A stretch of DNA of 64,000 bases. Origin: Planctomycetota bacterium. GTDB taxonomy: Bacteria; Planctomycetota; UBA1135. Under the pieces are notes generated by a model. That model was not told where the DNA came from, did no database searches, and was given only the letters and a program-made list of their open reading frames with translations. Both the position numbers and the translations under genes were made by a program. Numbering within the stretch: position 1 is the stretch's first letter; the number at the start of each line of letters is the position of its first letter. The stretch spans positions 2,315-66,314 of the forward strand of contig JBDQJC010000009.1 of assembly GCA_040264055.1 (NCBI GenBank), written 5' to 3'. Positions 18,890 to 28,692 of the stretch are shown here, piece by piece.

Positions 18890-19242
18890 CCGACGCCATC
18901 ATCCACCGCTGGGCCGAGTTGCCAGCCGACTTCCCGATGGAGAAACTCGAACGCCGCCGCGTCATCGGCACTCAAGCGATGATCTCGCAGGTGGTGCTGG
19001 AAGCCGGTTGCGATGTCCCGAGCCACCATCACCCAAACGAACAATTCGCTCATGTGGTCAGCGGCCACGTGCGTTTTGGCTTGGGCGCGCCGGACACCCC
19101 GGCTTATCACGAAGTTGAACTCGGCCCAGGTGAAGTGCTGCAACTGCCTGGCGGCGTGCCACATTCGGCCTACGCCATCGAACGCTGCGAGATCCTCGAT
19201 ATCTTCTCCCCGCCAAGTGAAACGACGGGGATTGATGAGTAG
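18886..19242 (+). CDS. Cupin domain protein
   Basis: HHHPNEQ and PGGVPHS cupin motifs, DIFSPP; ATGA overlap with HTTM stop. Confidence 0.85.
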   Translation: MTDAIIHRWAELPADFPMEKLERRRVIGTQAMISQVVLEAGCDVPSHHHPNEQFAHVVSGHVRFGLGAPDTPAYHEVELGPGEVLQLPGGVPHSAYAIERCEILDIFSPPSETTGIDE

Positions 19243-19557
19243 GTCAATGGGCTCGCGGTGATCGTGCCAATGTGCACGTGGCATTGGGCCTATTCGTGAG
19301 TACCTGCCAACCGTCTCTCAGGATACGGATTCGCTCTGGATCGAGTCAGTCGAGTGCCAGGACTGCTTGGCGATTCAGGTTCGGAGTTCAAACGAGTTGA
19401 CTGCAGACCCTGCCATCGGCGCGTCGCCTGATTCCGCGAGGCAACACCCATGAAAGATCTTGTCAGGGCACGACGGATCAGTTCTATTCGAATCTAGCGA
19501 CATTCCCATTCTCTGTCGCCTCCGCAGCCAACTGGCGAACGATCACCGAAATGAAAC

Positions 19558-21297
19558 ATGATTCGATCATCTTCGATTTCAGCCCTCATGCGTCAACTTC
19601 TCGTATATGCGATCTCTATTTGGGTCCTCTCTTCATCGGTATTTGCTTCGCAATTGGGGCGTGGTCGCGAGGGTGAGACGCTTGCATCTGGAGGACTCAA
19701 TCAGGGGGCATGGATGCTGGGTCGGGTCGCCGGAGACGGCCCGACGCGCGTCGCGAGTTGGGTCGTTCATGATTCGTTCTCTTCGTCCGAACATACATAC
19801 CTCTACGTAGGTGTCTCACAAGATGCAGGATTGAGTTGGACGAGAACGCTGCTGAGAGATGAGGTCGTTTTCAATTACGGGAGTGTCTGGATTCAAGACC
19901 TTGAGTACTCGGACGACCGTGGGCTATTGGTTTACCAAATGCCGAACTCGAATATGTCGGTCCTTGCGCAATCAAGCCCGTTTGCCGAAACGTGGCGGCC
20001 TTCGGTGGCGAGTTTCGACGGGTTTCTTGAACTGGCCGCCCGCGGAAAAGATGCGCTCGTCGTCGAAGAGTCTCTGGGAGAGGTCAGGATTCGCCAGAGT
20101 TCCAATTCCGGAAGTTCGTGGTCGCAGACGGGATCATTGACTGTTCCGGGATTAGCAGAGATTTATTCTGCTTCAGCAGCCCTTTCGGGAAGTGGCGCGT
20201 GTGTGGTTTTTGCGGCTGAGACTTTCAATGACCCGGACATTGGCTTGTATTTTTCGGCGCGTCGGACGAATGGAAATTGGTCAAGCCCTCTGCGCCTTGA
20301 CGCAGACCCACATGGCACGAGTTCCTTGGTCAAGTACGACAATGTCAAGGTGTTTGCTGAGAACGGTCGAATCATCGTGAACTACCGACAGACGGGTCGA
20401 GCTGGCGCGGGTGCACTAGAGAAGGAGTGCTACCTATTGATCTCAGAGGATGCTGGTCAGAGTTGGAACGAAACGATGGTCTCTGTTCCTGGAGAAGAGA
20501 CGACTGACTACATCGTTGCGACTGAGGGAGACACGATCGTTGCCGCGTGGGTTGGCGATTCCGCACATCCTAGAACACGAGTCTTGGTTTCGAACGATGG
20601 CGGAGACAGCTTCATGCCCGTGCATTCGATTGAGCGTCTACCGGGCGAGCCGGCTGTCCCGCAGGCCCGCCTTCAGGTGTTTCTCGATGGAGCGAGGCTG
20701 TTTCTTGGGTACATGAGCGGGTCATGGACGGGGAAACAGCATCACTATTCTCCTGGGTATGTCTACTCGGTCGACTCAGGTCAATGCTGGAGCGATCCGG
20801 TCTGGTTGCGACCAGGGGAAGAGGCCATCTTCAGCCGTTCGGAATGGCATTACTCCGAGGGGGGCCTGTTAGCCTTCTATCACACCTACAATTCTCGATG
20901 GGATTTCACAGAGCTGCGCTGGACGGGCGTGCGATTTCCGTTGATCCAGGCGGTGCATCGCGGACCAGGAGAAGTGGCCCTTTACTTGACAGGTGCAGAC
21001 CCTTCCCAGCCAAAGTCGTTTGCACGTTGGGTTGCATCGACACGCATGGGCAAGGTGCCGCACCCCGAGAATCCTGCGTACCAGCTGGGACTTGGCCCAA
21101 GTCGAGCTCTCGTTTTCACGCACGCTCATCATGTGAAGTACGGGTCACGAGTACATTCCGATGGGAGTGCGCTGGCGGTGGTTACGGTGCCCGCAAGCTT
21201 GAGCGGTACGTACTACTTCCAAGCATGGGTGAACATTGGCGGCATCCTCGGAACCGGTGGAACTCCGACCTCTGATGTCTTCGAGTTGACGTTTTAA
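19558..21297 (+). CDS. Secreted BNR/Asp-box (sialidase-like propeller) protein with shared C-terminal domain
   Basis: Signal peptide; Asp boxes SQDAGLSW, SSNSGSSW, SEDAGQSW, SNDGGDSF, SVDSGQCW; C-terminus YYFQAWV..SDVFELTF. Confidence 0.75.
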   Translation: MIRSSSISALMRQLLVYAISIWVLSSSVFASQLGRGREGETLASGGLNQGAWMLGRVAGDGPTRVASWVVHDSFSSSEHTYLYVGVSQDAGLSWTRTLLRDEVVFNYGSVWIQDLEYSDDRGLLVYQMPNSNMSVLAQSSPFAETWRPSVASFDGFLELAARGKDALVVEESLGEVRIRQSSNSGSSWSQTGSLTVPGLAEIYSASAALSGSGACVVFAAETFNDPDIGLYFSARRTNGNWSSPLRLDADPHGTSSLVKYDNVKVFAENGRIIVNYRQTGRAGAGALEKECYLLISEDAGQSWNETMVSVPGEETTDYIVATEGDTIVAAWVGDSAHPRTRVLVSNDGGDSFMPVHSIERLPGEPAVPQARLQVFLDGARLFLGYMSGSWTGKQHHYSPGYVYSVDSGQCWSDPVWLRPGEEAIFSRSEWHYSEGGLLAFYHTYNSRWDFTELRWTGVRFPLIQAVHRGPGEVALYLTGADPSQPKSFARWVASTRMGKVPHPENPAYQLGLGPSRALVFTHAHHVKYGSRVHSDGSALAVVTVPASLSGTYYFQAWVNIGGILGTGGTPTSDVFELTF

Positions 21298-21500
21298 CCT
21301 TGGTTTGGTTCTAGCACATCGGAGCTAGGGGAGCTTTTCCAAGCAGGGGCGTGCTTGCCTAGCAGTCGATGACTGCTCGCGCCGCGGAGACTTGTCTCCG
21401 CGATCTCACGCGCCCTCGCTATGATGCTGCGCGCTCGCCACGACGCCCTGATTTGCGAATGTGTGGCGAAGGCGCTCGACATTTCTTTCGCGCATTCGCC

Positions 21501-22748
21501 ATGACCGCCATCCTGTTAAGACTGGCCACGCTGCTGCTAGCGGTTGCAATCCTGCTTTGTGGTCACGGCTTGCAGCTGACACTCTTGCCGATTCGGGCCG
21601 AGGGCCTGGGCTGGAGCAACGGCGCGATTGGTGTTACCGCTTCGGCGTATTTCGGTGGCTTCCTGCTCAGTTGCATCGTGACGCCGGGCATCGTCGCGCG
21701 GGTCGGCCACATCCGCGGCTTCATGGTCTTGAGTGCCGTGGCGACCCTGGCTTTGCTGGGGGCCGGCCTCCTGGATTTCTTCGCTGCTTGGCTGGTGCTG
21801 CGCTTCGCGACCGGTTTCGCCTTCTCGGGCCTGTACATGGTCATCGAAAGCTGGCTCAGCGAGGCATCCACGCGCGACAACCGCGGCACGGTGCTGGCGG
21901 TATACACGGCGATCAGTTTGTTTGGCATGGCACTCGGCCAAGGCCTCTTGGGGCTGGCCGACCCGAACACGCTTGATCTCTTCGTGATTGGCGCCGCGCT
22001 GTTATGCCTCGCCATCATTCCGATCGGCCTGACGCGCATGGCGGCGCCGCACCCCTTGCCGGTGGCGCGCTTCGAGCTGCGCGAGTTGATGCGTGCCTCA
22101 CCGGTCGCCTTTGTTTGTGCACTCTGCGCTGGGCTGGCCACCGGTTCGGTGTGGGCGGTGGGCCCATTGGTCGGGCGCAGCTTTGGTCTGGAAGATGGCG
22201 CGATCGGTGGACTGATGAGCGTTGCGATTATCGGCGGCGCGGTGAGCCAACTGCCGATCGGCCGATTGTCCGATCGCGTCGATCGCCGCTATGTACTGGC
22301 CGGGCTGGCGGCGGTCGGCGTCGCGATTTCGATCGGCGGTTGGTACCTTGCTGCCGGATCGAGCTACGCGCTATTCGGCGCAATGTTCCTGGTCGGCGCC
22401 TGCAGCATGCCGTTTTACGCGCTGTGCATCGCAACGGCGATCGATCACACCGATCTGCAAATGATTCAGATCGGCAGTGGCATCTTGTTCGTCAACAGCA
22501 TGGGTTCCATCATTGGACCGCTGATCGTCGCGCCACTGATGACCCAACAAGGTGGCGGAAGTTTCTTTCTGTACCTGGCCGTGTGCTTCGGTTTGGCGAT
22601 GTTGTGGACGGTCTATCGCATCGTGCGCGTGGACCGACCCCAAACCCACGAATACAAGTTTGAGTCGGTGCCGAAAACCACGGCGGTGGTTCTTGAGCTT
22701 TCCGAAGAGACGCCGCTCGAAGACGGCGTCGAAGCGTCGGGTCTGTAG
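21501..22748 (+). CDS. MFS transporter (YcaD-like)
   Basis: About 12 TM; RVGHIR, VIESWL, GRLSDRVDRR; ATG at 21501 chosen over the longer ORF start. Confidence 0.88.
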   Translation: MTAILLRLATLLLAVAILLCGHGLQLTLLPIRAEGLGWSNGAIGVTASAYFGGFLLSCIVTPGIVARVGHIRGFMVLSAVATLALLGAGLLDFFAAWLVLRFATGFAFSGLYMVIESWLSEASTRDNRGTVLAVYTAISLFGMALGQGLLGLADPNTLDLFVIGAALLCLAIIPIGLTRMAAPHPLPVARFELRELMRASPVAFVCALCAGLATGSVWAVGPLVGRSFGLEDGAIGGLMSVAIIGGAVSQLPIGRLSDRVDRRYVLAGLAAVGVAISIGGWYLAAGSSYALFGAMFLVGACSMPFYALCIATAIDHTDLQMIQIGSGILFVNSMGSIIGPLIVAPLMTQQGGGSFFLYLAVCFGLAMLWTVYRIVRVDRPQTHEYKFESVPKTTAVVLELSEETPLEDGVEASGL

Positions 22749-22823
22749 GCCGCGCGGCTGGTTTGCGAATCGAGCGACGAGCAGATCGACCGACCAGCCG
22801 ATCCGCTACCAGCCCAGCAAAAC

Positions 22824-24944
22824 CTAGTTCCCCAAGTGGAAGTCCGGCGCTTCAGTACCGACTTTCATATCCGTCACGATGACTGTCATGCGCCCCAGCA
22901 TGTTGTTGGCGAACTGAATGCGCACGCGGTAAGGCAGCAGCATGCCTTCCACCTCGCGGAAGTCGTCGGCGCGGAGCTTTTGGCCGAGGAGGCCGAGGCC
23001 GGGGAGGTTGGAGAAGCCGTCTTCGCCGAGCACGCGGCCGGTTTCGACTTCTACGTAAAGCGTGCGAGCGGGGGCGGAGCAGTCACCGGTGCGCACCAGG
23101 TACATCTCGCGCTCGCCAAGCATGACCTTTTGCACGACATCCATGTTGGTGTGCCAATCGGTCCAGAGGCCGAAGCGCGCGAAGTGGTTGTCGCGGCTTA
23201 GTTGGTCGGCGCGGGCTGCGTCGGTCATGGGGCCGGCGGGTTCCAGGACAGACTCGTAGGTCACTTGCTCACCGTCGTAGGCGAAGTTCTCGAACTGGTT
23301 GCCCATTTCGGAATCCAAACGGAATTTGCGCGGCCAGGCATAGGTGCTGGTCATGGTGCCCTCCATGCCAACCTTCGGCATGCTCAAGGTGCTTTCGATG
23401 CGCAAGGGGCCGAGCGTTTCTAGCCGCTGCATGCCGTGTACTTCCGCCGGACGCTTAGCCAACTCTTCGACTGAAGGGAGGTCAGCCGCGGGCTCAAAGC
23501 GGAACTCTTCGTGATCGCCGATGCGATAGCCAGTGACTTCGCCAGCTTCATCGCGCTGAAACTTCACAACCTTTGTGGGGTCGATTGCGAATCTCCAGCG
23601 ATCGTCACCGAGGTACTCCAGGTCGACCACTGCTTGCCCTAGAATCTCAAGCGCGAGAACGTCGCCATGTTGAATGATCGAACGGTAGCGATCGTTGCCG
23701 CCTTCAAAGTAGTAGCCCAGGTAATCGCTGAACGGCGGGGATTCGGGCGCTTCCTCGACCGCCACGCCAAAGAACAGCTCGCCGAGCAACTCTTCGAATT
23801 TGACGCCGGTCATCGTGCCGCGCGACTGCGTGAAGTACAGCGCGACCGCATCTTGCTCGGGGAAAACCCAGCAGTGCGTACCGTCCGAACCGGTGTGGCC
23901 AAAGGCCAGGTTATTGCGCCCGCCTTCCTCGCTCGCGTCATCCGTCGGCACGGTCCACAGCTGCATCAGCTTGCCGTATTCGGTGCGCGCCCCGGGCAGG
24001 CCGGTCGGCCCGTTCATCGGAAAAGGCCCTGGGCTCAGAATCGCATCGATCGAGGCTTGGCTCAACAGAGTCTGCTCGCCGACCTTGCCGCCGTGCAAGA
24101 ACAGCTGCGCAAAGCGCGCGTAATCAGGCAGCGTCGAATACATCGACTGCGAACCCAGAAAAATCGGAAAGATCGAAGCGTCTTCGGCCTTCCAATAGCG
24201 TGACCAGCTGCCCGGCCCGCCGATGTATTTGCTGGCGGCGCGCGCATGCAGCGGGTGCCCATCGGGAAGGAAGCCGATCGAATCTTGCATACCCAACGGT
24301 TCAAGCAAGCGAGTGCGCACGAAGTCTTCGGCGGGCATCCCGCTTACGGCTTCCAGCAATGCAGTCAGAGTGTCGGTGCCGTGATCGCTGTAACGAAACT
24401 TGATGCCGGGCGGGAAGATCAAATCGTTCTGCACACCCAAGGCAGCGACCTCTTGAATGCTCTTGATCGCCTTCAGGTCGTTGCTTTGAATCAGCGACAT
24501 CGGAAAGCCAGCCAAGTGGTGCAGCAAATGCCGCACCGTGATCATGCGATACGGGTCGGCATCGAGCACCGGGAGGTAGTTGTAGGCCGGCGCGTCGAGC
24601 TCAATCTTGCCTTCTTCCACCAGCATCATGATCGACGCACCAATGAAAGGCTTGGTCATCGAGCGCACGCAGAACACGCTGTCGCGTTCCATTGGCCGTT
24701 TGTCTTCGAGGTCGCGCCAACCATAGACATCGTGCAGCAGCGTCTTGCCGCCCTGAATAATCAGCACTTCGGCGCCGACGATCTGCTCGGTGTCGACGAG
24801 GTTTTGCACGATGCTGTCAATCTTGACCAGCGCCGTCGGGGAAGCCAGTTCTTGCGCGGGCGGGGGCGTGAACGCCGAGGCAGACACCGGCGCAACGAGC
24901 GCCAGCGTGAGACAAAGAAGGAACGAAGAGAGTCGAGTAAACAC
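22824..24944 (-). CDS. Serine hydrolase (beta-lactamase-like/AmpC family) with C-terminal extension
   Basis: Signal peptide; SMTK, FRYSD, FGHTGS. Confidence 0.85.
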   Translation of the reverse strand: MFTRLSSFLLCLTLALVAPVSASAFTPPPAQELASPTALVKIDSIVQNLVDTEQIVGAEVLIIQGGKTLLHDVYGWRDLEDKRPMERDSVFCVRSMTKPFIGASIMMLVEEGKIELDAPAYNYLPVLDADPYRMITVRHLLHHLAGFPMSLIQSNDLKAIKSIQEVAALGVQNDLIFPPGIKFRYSDHGTDTLTALLEAVSGMPAEDFVRTRLLEPLGMQDSIGFLPDGHPLHARAASKYIGGPGSWSRYWKAEDASIFPIFLGSQSMYSTLPDYARFAQLFLHGGKVGEQTLLSQASIDAILSPGPFPMNGPTGLPGARTEYGKLMQLWTVPTDDASEEGGRNNLAFGHTGSDGTHCWVFPEQDAVALYFTQSRGTMTGVKFEELLGELFFGVAVEEAPESPPFSDYLGYYFEGGNDRYRSIIQHGDVLALEILGQAVVDLEYLGDDRWRFAIDPTKVVKFQRDEAGEVTGYRIGDHEEFRFEPAADLPSVEELAKRPAEVHGMQRLETLGPLRIESTLSMPKVGMEGTMTSTYAWPRKFRLDSEMGNQFENFAYDGEQVTYESVLEPAGPMTDAARADQLSRDNHFARFGLWTDWHTNMDVVQKVMLGEREMYLVRTGDCSAPARTLYVEVETGRVLGEDGFSNLPGLGLLGQKLRADDFREVEGMLLPYRVRIQFANNMLGRMTVIVTDMKVGTEAPDFHLGN

Positions 24945-24946
24945 GT

Positions 24947-25537
24947 TTATGCGCGCAGGCTTTGCAGGGTGGATCGCACGATGGAACGCTGCATCGTGGC
25001 GGTGTCTTGAATGCGGCCCAGCAAAGCCATGCCTTGAGTCAAGGCGACGAGTTGGGGTGCGGCGTCTTGCGGCCGCACGTGAGGGGTGATCGCGCCATCC
25101 GCTTGGGCAGCGCGCAGAGTCTTGGCAAAAGCGGCTTCAAGCCGTTTGAGGTAGCCGAGCAAGAGCTCGTGCAGCTCGGTGTCCTCAGACCCGGTCTGTG
25201 CCATCGCGACCCCTAGCAAACAGCCCAAACTGTCGGGCGATCCATGGTGGGCCTGCAGCCGGTCCAACACGCGCTCGAGGTTTTCGATGGGGGAGTTGCG
25301 GGAGTCGGCAAGTCCGCGGCAAATGCGCGCGATGACCGAGTCGGTGTATTGCTCGATCGAGCGCAAATACAGAGCTCGCTTGCTGCCAAAGGTGTCGTAC
25401 AGGCTCTTGCGACCGACCTTGAGTTCGGCTTCGAGTTCGCTGATCGACGTGCCGTCGTAGCCATGCCTCCAGAACAGATTGCGCGCGCGGGCAACTGCCT
25501 GCTCGGGATCAAAGCTCTTTGCGGGACCGGGGGTCAT
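24947..25537 (-). CDS. TetR/AcrR family regulator (NemR/ComR-like)
   Basis: FWRHGYDGTSISEL..SLYDTFGSKRALY HTH; GCLL in C-terminal domain. Confidence 0.92.
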   Translation of the reverse strand: MTPGPAKSFDPEQAVARARNLFWRHGYDGTSISELEAELKVGRKSLYDTFGSKRALYLRSIEQYTDSVIARICRGLADSRNSPIENLERVLDRLQAHHGSPDSLGCLLGVAMAQTGSEDTELHELLLGYLKRLEAAFAKTLRAAQADGAITPHVRPQDAAPQLVALTQGMALLGRIQDTATMQRSIVRSTLQSLRA

Positions 25538-25552
25538 TGCCTCAGCCTGCGC

Positions 25553-25576
25553 AACTTACACCGAGCGTTATAGGTT
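25553..25576. promoter_or_regulatory. Imperfect palindrome, probable TetR autoregulatory operator overlapping a -10-like TATAAC on the minus strand
   Basis: AACTTACACCGAGCGTTATAGGTT, 8 of 11 arm positions complementary, 16-39 bp upstream of the tetR ATG. Confidence 0.4.
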
Positions 25577-25639
25577 ATTTCTGGGGTGGAATCGGAGATG
25601 GCGATCCCCAGGCTCGCGCTTGTTCTCTAACATTTTGAG

Positions 25640-27808
25640 ATGCCCCTGCGATTTCTCCCCAGTCTTTTGTGCCTGGCGCTGTGTACCGCGCCGTTGATTG
25701 CCCAACAATCCGAGCCCAGCGAGGATGCCAAGCCCTGGGGGCACTCCAACCACGGCTCGGCCTATGACGTCGGCCCGCGCCAGAAGCCTTGGCTGATGGA
25801 GGGGATCGGCTCGACGCCTTTCCCGATTACTTCGTCCAACCCCGAGGTTCAACAGTGGTTCGACCAGGGCATCACCTTGCTGCACGGCTTCTGGTGGTTC
25901 GAAGCTGAGCGCACGATGCGCTGGTGCATCAAGCTCGACCCAGAATGCGCGATGGCCTACTGGGGGCTCGCGCTTGCGAACAAGGAAGACCCGGAGCGCA
26001 GCGCCGAGTTTCTGAAGGAAGCAGTCAAGCGCAAGGACAGCGTGACACCGCGTGAGCGGGCTTTCATCGAGACGGCCGAGCTGTTCGCTGCGATTCGCAA
26101 CGCCAAGGGCGACGATCGCCGCGATGCCGAAGAGGCCGCGCTGGTCGCGATCGACCGCCTACTGATGGACTACCCGAACGATGTCGAAGCCAAGGCGATG
26201 TACTGGCTGATGAGCGGCAGCACCTCCGGCAACCAGGGCTCGAAACGCTACGGCCTGGAAGCGGTGTTGGATGACATCCTCGAACTCGACCCCGATCACG
26301 TCGGCGCGCTGCACTACCGCGTGCACAACTGGGACGGAAAAGAAGGTCACTACGTCATCGATAGCTGCATGCAGCTTCCCGAGATCGCGCCGAACTGCGG
26401 CCACTTGCTGCACATGCCCGGCCACGTGCTTTCCGGCATCGGCCTTTGGCATGAAGCCGCCATTGCGATGGATAGCGCGACGCGCTGCGAGAAGACCTAC
26501 ATGAACGAGCGCCTGATCCTTCCGGAACAGAACTGGGACTATGTGCACAACCTCGACTACCTCTGCTACATCCAGGAACAGCTCGGCATGGTCGAGCAAG
26601 CGTTGATTGGCGCCGAGCAGTTGTCGAAGACGCCCGCCTTTGTCGAGATGCCGTTTTTCACGACGATGTCGAAGTTTCCGATGATCCGCGCGCTCGAGAA
26701 GTTTGAGCGTTGGGAAGACATCCTCGACGGCGGTCGGCTGCATTGGGATATGGACAACCCGATGGAGAAGAGCATTGCCGGACAGTCGCGCGTGCGTGCT
26801 TTAATTGGCCTGAGCCGGCTCGATGAAGCCAAAGCGGCGATGGATGAAATCCGCGACGGCGAGATGGGCCCGCAAGCGAAGGATGGATTTGAGCAGCTCG
26901 AAGCGCTTTACACCTTGGCCGACGGCGACTACTTGAAAGGGCTTTCCCTGCTCACGGCTGCGGCCGAGAAGCAAGAGAAGAACTGGCACAACGACCCACC
27001 GCACGAGTCGGCCTTCCTCTTCAACCTCTTGGGCGATACTTATCTTGAATTAGGCGCTCCGAAGTTGGCGGCCGAATGTTACGAGCGCACCTTGGAAACC
27101 GTTTTCCACGACGGTTTCGCGCTGTCTGGGCTGGTCGTGTCCTACGCTCAGCTCGGCGAAACGGCAAAGGCGGAAGAGGCGATGTCGAAGCTAATGGTTG
27201 CTTGGTCCGACGCCGACCGCCCCAACCGCTGGCTCGATGCTGCCGAGGCGACCGGGATCACCGCCGAGCCTTTCAACGACCCGCGAATCAAGCAGCGCAA
27301 CTACAAGACTGAAGTGCTCGATGTACACGGCCCCAGCATTTGGGTGCCCGGCGATCTGCCCCAACTCAGTGTGACAAACGCGGAAGGCAAAACGGTGACG
27401 CTGGCGGATTACGAGGGCAAGAATGTCATGCTAATCTTCTACTTGGGTGAAGAATGCGTGCACTGCATTGAACAGCTGAAGATGGCCGACGATCGCTTGG
27501 AAGAGATTCAGAGCCTGGACACGGTGGTCCTTGCGGTGAGTCAGGATGAGCTGGAAGAGATCGCCGCGCAGCAGCCGGACATGGGCGTCACGCTGCTGTC
27601 CGACAACAATTTCGCCAACGCGCATCGCTTCAACTCCTTTGATGATTTTGAAGAGATTGAGTTGCACTCGACTTTCTTGATCAATCGCGACGGCACGCTG
27701 CATTGGTCACGCATCGGGGGTGAGCCATTCACCGACTTTGATTTCTTGATCAAGGAGCTCAAGCGCATGAATCGCGTCATGCCGCCGAAAGTCGCCAGCG
27801 CACGGTAG
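25640..27808 (+). CDS. Exported TPR-repeat protein fused to C-terminal AhpC/TSA redoxin domain
   Basis: Signal peptide; QWFDQG..LHGFWWFEA, CAMAYWG, HMPGH; C-terminal IFYLGEECVHCIEQL, LLSD, HSTFLI. Confidence 0.85.
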   Translation: MPLRFLPSLLCLALCTAPLIAQQSEPSEDAKPWGHSNHGSAYDVGPRQKPWLMEGIGSTPFPITSSNPEVQQWFDQGITLLHGFWWFEAERTMRWCIKLDPECAMAYWGLALANKEDPERSAEFLKEAVKRKDSVTPRERAFIETAELFAAIRNAKGDDRRDAEEAALVAIDRLLMDYPNDVEAKAMYWLMSGSTSGNQGSKRYGLEAVLDDILELDPDHVGALHYRVHNWDGKEGHYVIDSCMQLPEIAPNCGHLLHMPGHVLSGIGLWHEAAIAMDSATRCEKTYMNERLILPEQNWDYVHNLDYLCYIQEQLGMVEQALIGAEQLSKTPAFVEMPFFTTMSKFPMIRALEKFERWEDILDGGRLHWDMDNPMEKSIAGQSRVRALIGLSRLDEAKAAMDEIRDGEMGPQAKDGFEQLEALYTLADGDYLKGLSLLTAAAEKQEKNWHNDPPHESAFLFNLLGDTYLELGAPKLAAECYERTLETVFHDGFALSGLVVSYAQLGETAKAEEAMSKLMVAWSDADRPNRWLDAAEATGITAEPFNDPRIKQRNYKTEVLDVHGPSIWVPGDLPQLSVTNAEGKTVTLADYEGKNVMLIFYLGEECVHCIEQLKMADDRLEEIQSLDTVVLAVSQDELEEIAAQQPDMGVTLLSDNNFANAHRFNSFDDFEEIELHSTFLINRDGTLHWSRIGGEPFTDFDFLIKELKRMNRVMPPKVASAR

Positions 27809-27817
27809 ATTGTGGTC

Positions 27818-28231
27818 ATGCTCGCACGAAGCCTTCTGATCGCCTTCCTTTCTCTTGCTGCATCCTGCGGTGACGCCGAGGAGAAAATTGAGCGCGTGCA
27901 AGACGAGCTGCGTAAGACCGGGCAAGCTGCCGTCGAAGCGATGCAAGAGCGCATGGCGGTCTGGCGCGATGACCTTGCCGAACTCGACGCCGAGCTGGCT
28001 GACTGGAAACAGAAAGCTCGCGAGCAAGCCGAGACAGCAGGCGCCGAAGCAAAGCAGAAGCTGCAGTCGACGATCGATGAACTGGAAGCGAAGCGCCAGC
28101 AGCTTTCTGAAAAACTGCTGGCGGCGGGCGAAGCTTCTGGGGCTGCCTGGGACGAGATCGCGTCCGGCTTTGAAAGCGGCTGGGCCGAACTCAAAGCGGG
28201 CTTGCAGGACGCCAAAGAGTCGATTGAGTAA
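27818..28231 (+). CDS. Coiled-coil lipoprotein, hypothetical
   Basis: Lipobox AASC, helical E/K/A/Q-rich body, AWDEIASGFESGWAEL. Confidence 0.7.
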   Translation: MLARSLLIAFLSLAASCGDAEEKIERVQDELRKTGQAAVEAMQERMAVWRDDLAELDAELADWKQKAREQAETAGAEAKQKLQSTIDELEAKRQQLSEKLLAAGEASGAAWDEIASGFESGWAELKAGLQDAKESIE

Positions 28232-28267
28232 AGGCCGGCTCGGCTGCTGAAGCAGAAAACTCGCGGC

Positions 28268-28642
28268 CTAAGCTTCGACGATCTCGGCCTTTTTACTTTC
28301 GATGAAGCCAAGTACATCGTTGCGTTCGGCTTCCGGAAGCTCAAACGCATCGAAAGTCGCGTTCAGATGACCGACAAAGTTGCTCCAATCCGCTTCGTTG
28401 ATCTGCATGCCTTCGTGGGACACCTTCATTTCGCGGCCGGTATAGACCATCGGGCCACCGGACTCGGCGCAGAGGTAGTCGATCAATAATTGCTTTTCGC
28501 GACGAATGCTGTCATGACTTCGATGAGCCCAGAAGCGCCCAAGCAGATCGTCTTTCATCAAGCGCGGAATCAGGTTTTCAGCGACGGCGGAGATCGCGTC
28601 ATATCCGCCGAGTCGCGTGTAAAGAGTGGGGGAGTCGGTCAT
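28268..28642 (-). CDS. glbN: Group 1 truncated hemoglobin
   Basis: LYTRLGG, GGPMVYTGREM..SH, F..HL; ATG at 28642 avoids overlap with upstream gene. Confidence 0.88.
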   Translation of the reverse strand: MTDSPTLYTRLGGYDAISAVAENLIPRLMKDDLLGRFWAHRSHDSIRREKQLLIDYLCAESGGPMVYTGREMKVSHEGMQINEADWSNFVGHLNATFDAFELPEAERNDVLGFIESKKAEIVEA

Positions 28643-28692
28643 GGGTATTGGCAAGGAATTGGAATCGTCCGTCGCCAACAGCATAGAGGGTT

